Source: Escherichia coli (GTDB lineage Bacteria; Pseudomonadota; Gammaproteobacteria; Enterobacterales; Enterobacteriaceae). Taken from it: a stretch of DNA of 64,000 nt. Position 1 is the first letter of the stretch, and every line of letters starts with the position of its first letter. The stretch is taken from the NCBI RefSeq assembly GCF_003018115.1, contig NZ_CP027457.1; one strand, given 5' to 3'. This document shows positions 31,683 through 41,069 of the stretch, piece after piece. The notes beneath the pieces were generated by a model that was not told where the DNA came from, made no database searches, and saw only the letters and a list, made by a program, of their open reading frames with translations. Made by a program: the position numbers and the translations under genes.

Positions 31683-32597
31683 TCAAAATAGCCCGTTGCG
31701 TAATGCGTGTTCCAGGCTAATCCCGGGAAACCAATTAATATCTTCAGAAATACGGTTATTACTTGCCGACCAGTCGGCGTGGGTTAATTCACGAATTTTC
31801 GAGCGGGTCAGCATAGGTTCTTTACCTGCCAGGCGGCTCAACGCGGTACTGATATCCGCAAGGCAGGTGAGTACCGGCAGAGGAATGCCAACCATTCGCA
31901 CGGAACCACAACGGGCGTCGGCGGCAAGTTGCTGTACGCGTTGCCAGTCATAGCCGCCAGCGACGCCATCGCATAATTCATAGGTTTGCGTCTGTACAGT
32001 TTCGGCGCTTAACCACTGACCCACTGCTTGCGCGAAATCGGTGACGTGCAGGAAAGAGAGCTGTGTATCTGGCGCACCAAGTCGTGGCAGCAGGCCGCGC
32101 AGCATCCAGTCAAACAGCGGTTTTAACTCTTTATCGCCGGGGCCATACACGGCTGTCGGGCGAAAAACGCCCAGCGTAATTTTGTCAGCCATTGCAGTCA
32201 GCCGTTGTTCGGCGACGTATTTGGAATTTGCGTACCAGGAGAGTTCGGGATGGCGCGCCGCCAGCGAAGAGATAAACAGAAAACGTTGGCAAAAACCGCT
32301 CTCTTTTGCCGCCTGCATCAGGCGCAGACTGCCGTCAACGTTACAGCGGGTGAAAATCTCTTCTTTGTGCCCGCGCACTTGTCCGGCGCAATGAACCACC
32401 GCGCTGGCTCCGGCAACCAGTTCGCTAAGCGAATGTGTATCTTCCAGCGAACCGCGCACCCAGGTGAGATTATCATTGACGTGAGCGCGGGCAGTACGCG
32501 TCAATGCGCGAACGTGAAAGCCGCGGGCGAGCAGGTTATTGATAATATATTTACCGATAAACCCGGTAGCGCCCGTCACCGCGACAGTTTGATTCAT
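31683..32597 (-). CDS. NAD(P)-dependent epimerase/dehydratase-family SDR (candidate keto-reductase)
   Basis: 304 aa; N-terminal Rossmann motif VTGATGFIGK; start overlaps stop of upstream acyl-ACP synthetase (ATGA). Confidence 0.8.
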   Translation of the reverse strand: MNQTVAVTGATGFIGKYIINNLLARGFHVRALTRTARAHVNDNLTWVRGSLEDTHSLSELVAGASAVVHCAGQVRGHKEEIFTRCNVDGSLRLMQAAKESGFCQRFLFISSLAARHPELSWYANSKYVAEQRLTAMADKITLGVFRPTAVYGPGDKELKPLFDWMLRGLLPRLGAPDTQLSFLHVTDFAQAVGQWLSAETVQTQTYELCDGVAGGYDWQRVQQLAADARCGSVRMVGIPLPVLTCLADISTALSRLAGKEPMLTRSKIRELTHADWSASNNRISEDINWFPGISLEHALRNGLF

Positions 32598-34327
32598 GCC
32601 AGGGATTCCTGCACATGAAGGCTTGCAGCATAAGCCTTCTGATAACGTTTTTTCGCTTCCGCACGGGCAGGCTTGCCGGAGGACGTTCGGGGAATGCTGT
32701 GGGGCGGCAACAGATCGATAGCCGCGGTCACGCCAAATTCGCTTTGGATCCGTGCTGCCAGCGCGTGGATAAGCTGCCCGCGACGTTCTTCATCGCTGAT
32801 CCGACACTGGATCTGCAAAATGATTTTTTCCTGGGCGGTAACAAAAGCAATCGCATCGCCAGAATGAATTTCCGGTTCCTGTTCCGCTATATATTCAATA
32901 TCCTGCGGCCAGATATTACGGCCACGAATAATAATCAGATCTTTAATGCGTCCGGTGACATACAGATAACCGTCCAGCAGATAACCGAGGTCGCCAGTGT
33001 CTAACCAGCCCGTCGCGGCAATCTCGTCTTGCGAAGCCTGGTCGCCAAAGTAACCGCTCATCAGACTGGGACCGGAGATGCAAATATGGCCTACCACACG
33101 TTCCGCGACCGGCATACCTGCTTCATTGCGGATTTCAATACCATGTTCCGGCAACGCTTTGCCGCAGTTGACGAAAGTCGATACGGCGCGTGTCTCTGCA
33201 CCCGGCGCGACGGCTTTACCCTGATATTCGAGGATGTCGCGATCCACTTCGTTAACCACAACCCCGGAGGCTTCATCAGAGAAGCTGACAGCCAGCGCAT
33301 TTTCTGCCAGTCCGTAGCACGGCATGAAAGTTTTATTGTCAAAGTTAACCTGACGGAAACATTCAGCGAATTGATGGAGTTGTTCTGCGGAGATGGGTTC
33401 TGCACCAATACCAGCGACGCGCCAGCAGGAAAGATCCAGTTCAGCGAGATCTTTTTCATTCACGCGGCGCTGGCACAATTCATAGCCAAACGGCGGCGCA
33501 ACGGAAACGGTGCCGCGATTTTTACTGATCAATTTAAGCCATTGCAGAGGACGCATGGCAAAATCCTGAGTGCGCAAATAATCTACTGAAAGTTGCGTGG
33601 CGACGGGGGTCAGGAGAAAGCCGACCAGTCCCATATCATGGTAGAAAGGCAGCCAGGAGACGCAGCGGTCGCCAGGGCGTAATTTAATGCCATCGTGGCT
33701 TATGGCGCGTAGATTAGCCATCACTTCGCGGTGAGTGATAATGACGCCACGGGGAAAACGGGTGCTGCCGGAGGTGTACTGGAGGTAGGCGATATCGTTC
33801 GGAACTGGACGCTGGAGCGCAACATCGGCTTCCGGTAATGCCTTAAACCAGGCGTGGCTTAAAACATGTAATTCGGGGTTGTTGTTATGCGTCGCGGCAT
33901 TGACCAGCGGTAACCACTCATCACCAGTGATAATGGCTGCGGGCTGGCAACTTGCCAGTAAACCCTGCAGTTTGGCGCTCCAGGAATCCCGCTGACCGAC
34001 GCCCATTGGAATCGCCAATGGTACGGCAACTAATCCAGCATACTGACAGGCAAAAAATGCCTCGACAAACCCGCTACTGGTTTCGGCAATCAGCGCCACG
34101 CGATCGCCTTTTTTCAGGTTTAGCGATAACAACCGCTTCGCACCAGCTTCGGCACGCGCTTTTAACGTCTGATATTCCAGTTGATCTTCAAGTTGGCAAC
34201 GTCTGTCATAAAAATTCATTCCAGCGCTACTCAGAGCGGCGTAGTCCAAAGCATCAACCAGCGTTGGAAAATCGGCATAGCGCATAGGTAGGGAATGCGT
34301 AAAGATTTTATTAGACATATACACCAC
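32594..34327 (-). CDS. fatty acyl-AMP ligase / acyl-ACP synthetase (adenylate-forming enzyme)
   Basis: 577 aa; AMP-binding core motif YTSGSTRFPRGV and downstream GYG/TGD adenylation motifs; first gene of a 4-gene minus-strand operon. Confidence 0.8.
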   Translation of the reverse strand: MVYMSNKIFTHSLPMRYADFPTLVDALDYAALSSAGMNFYDRRCQLEDQLEYQTLKARAEAGAKRLLSLNLKKGDRVALIAETSSGFVEAFFACQYAGLVAVPLAIPMGVGQRDSWSAKLQGLLASCQPAAIITGDEWLPLVNAATHNNNPELHVLSHAWFKALPEADVALQRPVPNDIAYLQYTSGSTRFPRGVIITHREVMANLRAISHDGIKLRPGDRCVSWLPFYHDMGLVGFLLTPVATQLSVDYLRTQDFAMRPLQWLKLISKNRGTVSVAPPFGYELCQRRVNEKDLAELDLSCWRVAGIGAEPISAEQLHQFAECFRQVNFDNKTFMPCYGLAENALAVSFSDEASGVVVNEVDRDILEYQGKAVAPGAETRAVSTFVNCGKALPEHGIEIRNEAGMPVAERVVGHICISGPSLMSGYFGDQASQDEIAATGWLDTGDLGYLLDGYLYVTGRIKDLIIIRGRNIWPQDIEYIAEQEPEIHSGDAIAFVTAQEKIILQIQCRISDEERRGQLIHALAARIQSEFGVTAAIDLLPPHSIPRTSSGKPARAEAKKRYQKAYAASLHVQESLA

Positions 34328-34689
34328 GAAAAAATTGGATATCCAAAATAAAATGACAATAATGCGGTGGATTATATAGGCATAAAAGATAAATGAGATA
34401 GTATTTTCATCAGTGTGAAAATGAACATTGATTTAAATAATGAGTTTAAGTTTTTTTGTTTTTATTGTGAATGATATTTAATTTATGAATATATTAAGAA
34501 GAAGCCTTGTCCGGTCGCCTTAAATCGACAAAAGGCATTGTGGCGCTTCTGTGTAGTCGCTGACCTTATCGTAATCATTAATAAATACTATTTATTCGTC
34601 GTTTGTATTCATTGGGTTGATTATTAAGGTGCCGTTCGTTGCTGTTGCAACCTGTTTGTCACCGTTAATTATTTGTTACCCACAGAACT
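34328..34689. promoter_or_regulatory. AT-rich divergent control region (lipid operon / yghO)
   Basis: 362-bp intergenic region of markedly low GC between divergently oriented genes. Confidence 0.45.
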
Positions 34690-35832
34690 ATGGAATGCGA
34701 TCTGCTGATGATTAAAATTGAAAAAGTAATAAATAAAAACGACTTAAAGGCATTTATCGCTTTTCCGTCATCACTTTATCCCGACGATCCAAACTGGATA
34801 CCCCCTTTATTCATTGAACGCAACGAGCATTTGTCTGCGAAAAATCCGGGGACGGACCATATCATCTGGCAGGCGTGGGTGGCAAAAAAAGCGGGGCAGA
34901 TAGTTGGGCGTATTACCGCGCAAATAGATACCTTGCACCGCGAGCGTTACGGCAAAGATACCGGTCATTTCGGCATGATTGACGCCATTGATGATCCGCA
35001 GGTTTTTGCCGCGTTGTTTGGCGCAGCGGAAGCGTGGTTGAAGTCCCAAGGTGCAAGTAAGATCAGCGGTCCTTTCAGCCTGAATATCAATCAGGAAAGC
35101 GGATTACTGATTGAAGGTTTTGACACACCACCCTGTGCGATGATGCCACACGGCAAACCGTGGTATGCCGCGCATATTGAACAACTGGGTTATCACAAAG
35201 GCATTGATTTACTGGCGTGGTGGATGCAGCGAACCGATCTCACTTTCTCTCCGGCGCTAAAAAAACTGATGGATCAGGTGCGCAAAAAGGTGACCATTCG
35301 CTGCATCAATCGCCAGCGGTTTGCCGAAGAGATGCAGATCCTGCGTGAGATTTTCAACTCTGGCTGGCAACACAACTGGGGATTTGTGCCGTTTACCGAA
35401 CATGAATTCGCGACCATGGGCGATCAACTTAAATATCTGGTGCCGGACGATATGATCTACATCGCTGAGATTGATTCTGCACCCTGCGCGTTTATTGTCG
35501 GCTTGCCGAACATCAACGAGGCGATTGCCGATCTGAACGGATCGCTCTTTCCCTTCGGCTGGGCAAAATTGCTGTGGCGTTTGAAAGTCAGCGGTGTGCG
35601 AACTGCGCGAGTACCGCTGATGGGCGTGCGCGACGAGTATCAGTTCAGCCGCATCGGCCCGGTGATTGCGCTGTTATTGATTGAAGCCTTACGCGATCCG
35701 TTTGCCCGCCGGAAGATCGATGCGCTGGAGATGTCATGGATCCTCGAAACCAATACAGGCATGAATAACATGCTGGAACGCATTGGGGCGGAGCCGTACA
35801 AGCGTTACCGATTGTATGAAAAGCAGATTTAA
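34690..35832 (+). CDS. yghO: GNAT-superfamily-like acyltransferase (full-length YghO)
   Basis: 380-codon ORF (start possibly at internal Met, 34708); position corresponds to yghO next to glcC; acyltransferase assignment is tentative. Confidence 0.65.
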   Translation: MECDLLMIKIEKVINKNDLKAFIAFPSSLYPDDPNWIPPLFIERNEHLSAKNPGTDHIIWQAWVAKKAGQIVGRITAQIDTLHRERYGKDTGHFGMIDAIDDPQVFAALFGAAEAWLKSQGASKISGPFSLNINQESGLLIEGFDTPPCAMMPHGKPWYAAHIEQLGYHKGIDLLAWWMQRTDLTFSPALKKLMDQVRKKVTIRCINRQRFAEEMQILREIFNSGWQHNWGFVPFTEHEFATMGDQLKYLVPDDMIYIAEIDSAPCAFIVGLPNINEAIADLNGSLFPFGWAKLLWRLKVSGVRTARVPLMGVRDEYQFSRIGPVIALLLIEALRDPFARRKIDALEMSWILETNTGMNNMLERIGAEPYKRYRLYEKQI

Positions 35833-35838
35833 TACCAG

Positions 35839-36603
35839 CTAACTCAGGTTCATCTCCAGCGGCACCGCCGAGCGAATCAAATGGTGGCCTTCCAGCTCGA
35901 TATCGTGGAGATTCTTTTTCACGGTCCGCACATGATCGCGTGCTGCGCGCTGGGCGACGTGCGGCAGCCGCTGCAACACCGCGTTGTAGATCCGCGCATG
36001 CTGGCGATCGATCTGCTTTTTTTGCTGTGGTCGATGGTAGAGATTATTTACGCTGGCAAACACTGAATTAAACATCAGGTCGGTCAATGATTGCAGCGTA
36101 AACACCAGCACCTGATTGTGAGAAGCCTGACAAATGGCGAGATGGAAAGCGTGATCCAACTGCGCATGTTCGATCAGCGAAATCTCTTTGTTGTTCTCAC
36201 TGGCGGCGAGCATTTTTTCATAACAGCGGGTTATCACAACAAAATCAGCCTGCGTTCCCAGCGTTGCCGCCAGCCTTGCCGATTCGCCCTCCAGCAATGC
36301 GCGAACGTCGAGCAGATCGTACAGCGTTCGCGGCTGCGTGCTGAACAGATGAATTAGCGGGCTGGTGTCCTGCACCCGATTAAGCCGTGCGACACGAGAA
36401 TCGCGACCCTGCGCCGTTTCAATAATCCCGCGCCCGCGCAGCACGGTCAGCCCTTCACGCAGTGCGGAGCGTGAGAAGCCGAGCTTTTCACACAGTCGAC
36501 GTTCCGAGGGAAGCGGCTGACCGACCTTCAGTACGCCGTCGATAATTAACCGTTCGATACTCTCTGCAACCACTTCGCAAATAGGGCGACGTTCATCTTT
36601 CAT
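35839..36603 (-). CDS. glcC: GntR/FadR-family transcriptional activator of the glc operon
   Basis: ORF trimmed to Met at 36603 (MKDERRPICEV...) giving 254 aa; divergent from glcD. Confidence 0.9.
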   Translation of the reverse strand: MKDERRPICEVVAESIERLIIDGVLKVGQPLPSERRLCEKLGFSRSALREGLTVLRGRGIIETAQGRDSRVARLNRVQDTSPLIHLFSTQPRTLYDLLDVRALLEGESARLAATLGTQADFVVITRCYEKMLAASENNKEISLIEHAQLDHAFHLAICQASHNQVLVFTLQSLTDLMFNSVFASVNNLYHRPQQKKQIDRQHARIYNAVLQRLPHVAQRAARDHVRTVKKNLHDIELEGHHLIRSAVPLEMNLS

Positions 36604-36853
36604 TCCCGGACCTCGTGCACAGGTAGGACCAATTTTTCTGTACTTAACTCGCAAAACACGCACATCACGTAAGTGATTATGTTACATCAATTTAACATTG
36701 AGTTAACCAAGGCAAGGTCACAGAGCTGGAAAAAAAATGGTCTGACCGGTAGCTAAAGAGATAGACGAAAACGAAAAGCCCGCTTAATAACTGTTCACAG
36801 AAGCAGCGCGCAAAAATCAGCTGCCACACAACACAACTAAGCGAAGCCTACTC
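36604..36853. promoter_or_regulatory. glcC / glcDEFGBA divergent promoter region
   Basis: 250-bp intergenic region between divergent regulator and operon; sites not resolved. Confidence 0.45.
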
Positions 36854-38353
36854 ATGAGCATCTTGTACGAAGAGCGTCTTGATGGCGCTTTACCCGATGT
36901 CGACCGCACATCGGTACTGATGGCACTGCGTGAGCATGTCCCTGGACTGGAGATCCTGCATACCGATGAGGAGATCATTCCTTACGAGTGTGACGGGTTG
37001 AGCGCGTATCGCACGCGTCCATTACTGGTTGTTCTGCCTAAGCAAATGGAACAGGTGACAGCGATTCTGGCTGTCTGCCATCGCCTGCGTGTACCGGTGG
37101 TGACCCGTGGTGCAGGCACCGGGCTTTCTGGTGGCGCGCTGCCGCTGGAAAAAGGTGTGTTGTTGGTGATGGCGCGCTTTAAAGAGATCCTCGACATTAA
37201 CCCCGTTGGTCGCCGCGCGCGCGTGCAGCCGGGCGTGCGTAACTTGGCGATCTCCCAGGCCGTTGCACCGCATAATCTCTACTACGCACCGGACCCTTCC
37301 TCACAAATCGCCTGTTCCATTGGCGGCAACGTGGCAGAAAATGCCGGCGGCGTCCACTGCCTGAAATATGGTCTGACCGTACATAACCTGCTGAAAATTG
37401 AAGTGCAAACGCTGGACGGCGAGGCACTGACGCTGGGATCGGATGCGCTGGATTCGCCTGGTTTTGACCTGCTGGCGTTGTTCACCGGATCGGAAGGTAT
37501 GCTCGGCGTGACCACCGAAGTGACGGTAAAACTGCTGCCGAAGCCGCCCGTGGCGCGGGTTCTGTTAGCAAGCTTTGACTCGGTAGAAAAAGCCGGACTT
37601 GCGGTTGGTGACATCATCGCCAATGGCATTATCCCCGGCGGGCTGGAGATGATGGATAACCTGTCGATCCGCGCGGCGGAAGATTTTATTCATGCCGGTT
37701 ATCCCGTCGACGCCAAAGCGATTTTGTTATGCGAGCTGGACGGCGTGGAGTCTGACGTACAGGAAGACTGCGAGCGGGTTAACGACATCTTGTTGAAAGC
37801 GGGCGCGACTGACGTCCGTCTGGCACAGGACGAAGCAGAGCGCGTACGTTTCTGGGCCGGTCGCAAAAATGCGTTCCCGGCGGTAGGACGTATCTCCCCG
37901 GATTACTACTGCATGGATGGCACCATCCCGCGTCGCGCCCTGCCTGGCGTACTGGAAGGCATTGCCCGTTTATCGCAGCAATATGATTTACGTGTTGCCA
38001 ACGTCTTTCATGCCGGAGATGGCAACATGCACCCGTTAATCCTTTTCGATGCCAACGAACCCGGTGAATTTGCCCGCGCGGAAGAGTTGGGCGGGAAGAT
38101 TCTCGAACTCTGCGTTGAAGTTGGCGGCAGCATCAGTGGGGAACATGGCATCGGGCGAGAAAAAATCAATCAAATGTGCGCCCAGTTCAATAGCGATGAA
38201 ATCACGACCTTCCATGCGGTCAAGGCGGCGTTTGACCCCGATGGTTTGCTGAACCCTGGGAAAAACATTCCCACGCTACACCGCTGTGCTGAATTTGGTG
38301 CCATGCATGTGCATCACGGTCATTTACCTTTTCCTGAACTGGAGCGCTTCTGA
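36854..38353 (+). CDS. glcD: glycolate oxidase FAD-binding subunit
   Basis: 499 aa; FAD-linked oxidase family. Confidence 0.94.
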   Translation: MSILYEERLDGALPDVDRTSVLMALREHVPGLEILHTDEEIIPYECDGLSAYRTRPLLVVLPKQMEQVTAILAVCHRLRVPVVTRGAGTGLSGGALPLEKGVLLVMARFKEILDINPVGRRARVQPGVRNLAISQAVAPHNLYYAPDPSSQIACSIGGNVAENAGGVHCLKYGLTVHNLLKIEVQTLDGEALTLGSDALDSPGFDLLALFTGSEGMLGVTTEVTVKLLPKPPVARVLLASFDSVEKAGLAVGDIIANGIIPGGLEMMDNLSIRAAEDFIHAGYPVDAKAILLCELDGVESDVQEDCERVNDILLKAGATDVRLAQDEAERVRFWAGRKNAFPAVGRISPDYYCMDGTIPRRALPGVLEGIARLSQQYDLRVANVFHAGDGNMHPLILFDANEPGEFARAEELGGKILELCVEVGGSISGEHGIGREKINQMCAQFNSDEITTFHAVKAAFDPDGLLNPGKNIPTLHRCAEFGAMHVHHGHLPFPELERF

Positions 38354-39405
38354 TGCTACGCGAGTGTGATTACAGTCAGGCGCTGCTGGAGCAGGTGAAT
38401 CAGGCAATTAGCGATAAAACGCCGCTGGTGATTCAGGGCAGCAATAGCAAAGCCTTTTTAGGTCGCCCAGTCACCGGGCAAACGCTGGATGTGCGTTGTC
38501 ATCGCGGCATTGTTAATTACGACCCGACCGAGCTGGTGATAACCGCTCGTGCCGGAACGCCGCTGGTGGCGATTGAAGCGGCGCTGGAGAGCGCAGGGCA
38601 AATGCTTCCCTGCGAGCCGCCGCATTATGGTGAAGAAGCCACCTGGGGCGGGATGGTCGCCTGCGGGCTGGCGGGGCCGCGTCGCCCGTGGAGCGGTTCG
38701 GTCCGCGATTTTGTCCTCGGCACGCGCATCATTACCGGCACTGGAAAACATCTGCGTTTTGGTGGCGAAGTGATGAAAAACGTTGCCGGATACGATCTCT
38801 CACGGTTAATGGCCGGAAGCTACGGTTGTCTTGGCGTGCTCACTGAAATCTCAATGAAAGTGTTACCGCGACCGCGCGCCTCCCTGAGCCTGCGTCGGGA
38901 AATCAGCCTGCAAGAAGCCATGAGTGAAATCGCCGAGTGGCAACTCCAGCCATTACCCATTAGTGGCTTATGTTACTTCGACAATGCGTTGTGGATCCGC
39001 CTTGAGGGCGGCGAAGGATCGGTAAAAGCAGCGCGTGAACTGCTGGGTGGCGAAGAGGTGGCGGGTCAGTTCTGGCAGCAATTGCGTGAACAACAACTGC
39101 CGTTCTTCTCGTTACCAGGTACCTTATGGCGCATTTCATTACCCAGCGATGCGCCGATGATGGATTTACCCGGCGAGCAACTGATCGACTGGGGCGGGGC
39201 GTTACGCTGGCTGAAATCGACAGCCGAGGACAATCAAATCCATCGCATCGCCCGCAACGCTGGCGGTCATGCGACCCGCTTTAGTGCCGGAGATGGTGGC
39301 TTTGCCCCGCTATCGGCTCCTTTATTCCGCTATCACCAGCAGCTTAAACAGCAGCTCGACCCTTGCGGCGTGTTTAACCCCGGTCGCATGTACGCGGAAC
39401 TTTGA
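38353..39405 (+). CDS. glcE: glycolate oxidase FAD-binding subunit
   Basis: 350 aa; start overlaps glcD stop. Confidence 0.93.
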   Translation: MLRECDYSQALLEQVNQAISDKTPLVIQGSNSKAFLGRPVTGQTLDVRCHRGIVNYDPTELVITARAGTPLVAIEAALESAGQMLPCEPPHYGEEATWGGMVACGLAGPRRPWSGSVRDFVLGTRIITGTGKHLRFGGEVMKNVAGYDLSRLMAGSYGCLGVLTEISMKVLPRPRASLSLRREISLQEAMSEIAEWQLQPLPISGLCYFDNALWIRLEGGEGSVKAARELLGGEEVAGQFWQQLREQQLPFFSLPGTLWRISLPSDAPMMDLPGEQLIDWGGALRWLKSTAEDNQIHRIARNAGGHATRFSAGDGGFAPLSAPLFRYHQQLKQQLDPCGVFNPGRMYAEL

Positions 39406-39415
39406 GGAGCAGGCT

Positions 39416-40639
39416 ATGCAAACCCAATTAACTGAAGAGATGCGGCAGAACGCGCGCGCGCTGGAAGCCGACAGCATCCTGCGCGCCTGTGTTCACTGCG
39501 GATTTTGTACCGCAACCTGCCCAACCTATCAGCTTCTGGGCGATGAACTGGACGGGCCGCGCGGGCGCATCTATCTGATTAAACAGGTGCTGGAAGGCAA
39601 CGAAGTCACGCTTAAAACACAGGAGCATCTCGATCGCTGCCTCACTTGCCGCAATTGTGAAACCACCTGTCCTTCTGGTGTGCGCTATCACAATTTGCTG
39701 GATATCGGGCGTGATATTGTCGAGCAGAAAGTGAAACGCCCACTGCCGGAGCGAATACTGCGCGAAGGATTGCGCCAGGTAGTGCCGCGTCCGGCGGTCT
39801 TCCGTGCGCTGACGCAGGTAGGGCTGGTGCTGCGACCGTTTTTACCGGAACAGGTCAGAGCAAAACTGCCTGCTGAAACGGTGAAAGCTAAACCGCGTCC
39901 GCCGCTGCGCCATAAGCGTCGGGTTTTAATGCTGGAAGGCTGCGCCCAGCCTACGCTTTCGCCCAACACCAACGCGGCAACTGCGCGAGTGCTGGATCGT
40001 CTGGGGATCAGCGTCATGCCAGCTAACGAAGCAGGCTGTTGTGGCGCGGTGGACTATCATCTTAATGCGCAGGAGAAAGGGCTGGCACGGGCGCGCAATA
40101 ATATTGATGCCTGGTGGCCCGCGATTGAAGCAGGTGCCGAGGCAATTTTGCAAACCGCCAGCGGTTGTGGCGCGTTCGTCAAAGAGTATGGGCAGATGCT
40201 GAAAAACGATGCGTTGTATGCCGATAAAGCGCGTCAGGTCAGTGAGCTGGCGGTCGATTTAGTCGAACTTCTGCGCGAGGAACCGCTGGAAAAACTGGCA
40301 ATTCGCGGCGATAAAAAACTGGCCTTCCACTGCCCGTGTACCCTACAACATGCGCAAAAGCTGAACGGCGAAGTGGAAAAAGTGTTGCTTCGTCTTGGAT
40401 TTACCTTAACGGACGTTCCCGACAGCCATCTGTGCTGCGGTTCAGCGGGAACATATGCGTTAACGCATCCCGATCTGGCACGCCAGCTGCGGGATAACAA
40501 AATGAATGCGCTGGAAAGCGGCAAACCGGAAATGATCGTCACCGCCAACATTGGTTGCCAGACGCATCTGGCGAGCGCCGGTCGTACCTCTGTGCGCCAC
40601 TGGATTGAAATTGTAGAACAAGCCCTTGAAAAGGAATAA
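39416..40639 (+). CDS. glcF: glycolate oxidase iron-sulfur subunit
   Basis: ORF trimmed to ATG at 39416 (MQTQLTEEMRQ...) giving 407 aa; two CxxCxxCxxxCP 4Fe-4S motifs. Confidence 0.93.
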   Translation: MQTQLTEEMRQNARALEADSILRACVHCGFCTATCPTYQLLGDELDGPRGRIYLIKQVLEGNEVTLKTQEHLDRCLTCRNCETTCPSGVRYHNLLDIGRDIVEQKVKRPLPERILREGLRQVVPRPAVFRALTQVGLVLRPFLPEQVRAKLPAETVKAKPRPPLRHKRRVLMLEGCAQPTLSPNTNAATARVLDRLGISVMPANEAGCCGAVDYHLNAQEKGLARARNNIDAWWPAIEAGAEAILQTASGCGAFVKEYGQMLKNDALYADKARQVSELAVDLVELLREEPLEKLAIRGDKKLAFHCPCTLQHAQKLNGEVEKVLLRLGFTLTDVPDSHLCCGSAGTYALTHPDLARQLRDNKMNALESGKPEMIVTANIGCQTHLASAGRTSVRHWIEIVEQALEKE

Positions 40640-40643
40640 CAAA

Positions 40644-41048
40644 ATGAAAACTAAAGTCATTCTTAGCCAGCAAATGGCGAGTGCAATTATTGCCGCAGGT
40701 CAGGAAGAGGCGCAGAAAAATAACTGGTCTGTTTCCATTGCTGTTGCCGATGACGGCGGTCATCTGCTGGCGTTAAGTCGCATGGACGATTGCGCGCCGA
40801 TTGCGGCTTACATCTCCCAGGAGAAAGCGCGTACCGCCGCGCTGGGGCGTCGTGAAACTAAGGGCTATGAAGAGATGGTGAACAACGGACGTACCGCGTT
40901 CGTGACTGCGCCGTTATTAACGTCGCTGGAAGGCGGCGTACCGGTTGTTGTTGATGGGCAAATTATTGGTGCCGTGGGCGTTTCTGGTTTAACCGGAGCA
41001 CAGGATGCGCAGGTCGCGAAAGCGGCAGCAGCGGTGTTGGCGAAATAA
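40644..41048 (+). CDS. glcG: GlcG (DUF336/heme-binding-like) protein
   Basis: 134 aa from ATG at 40644. Confidence 0.88.
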   Translation: MKTKVILSQQMASAIIAAGQEEAQKNNWSVSIAVADDGGHLLALSRMDDCAPIAAYISQEKARTAALGRRETKGYEEMVNNGRTAFVTAPLLTSLEGGVPVVVDGQIIGAVGVSGLTGAQDAQVAKAAAAVLAK

Positions 41049-41069
41049 GCGAAAACGAGGAGATAAACA

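Noticed and set aside
33029-33589. 186-aa plus-strand ORF
   Set aside because: Antisense within the acyl-AMP ligase gene, which carries clear adenylation motifs.
26600-34700. Expected IS5/transposase at the yghQ-yghO junction by analogy with K-12
   Set aside because: No transposase-like ORF or terminal inverted repeats found; the interval is filled with the biosynthetic and transport genes.
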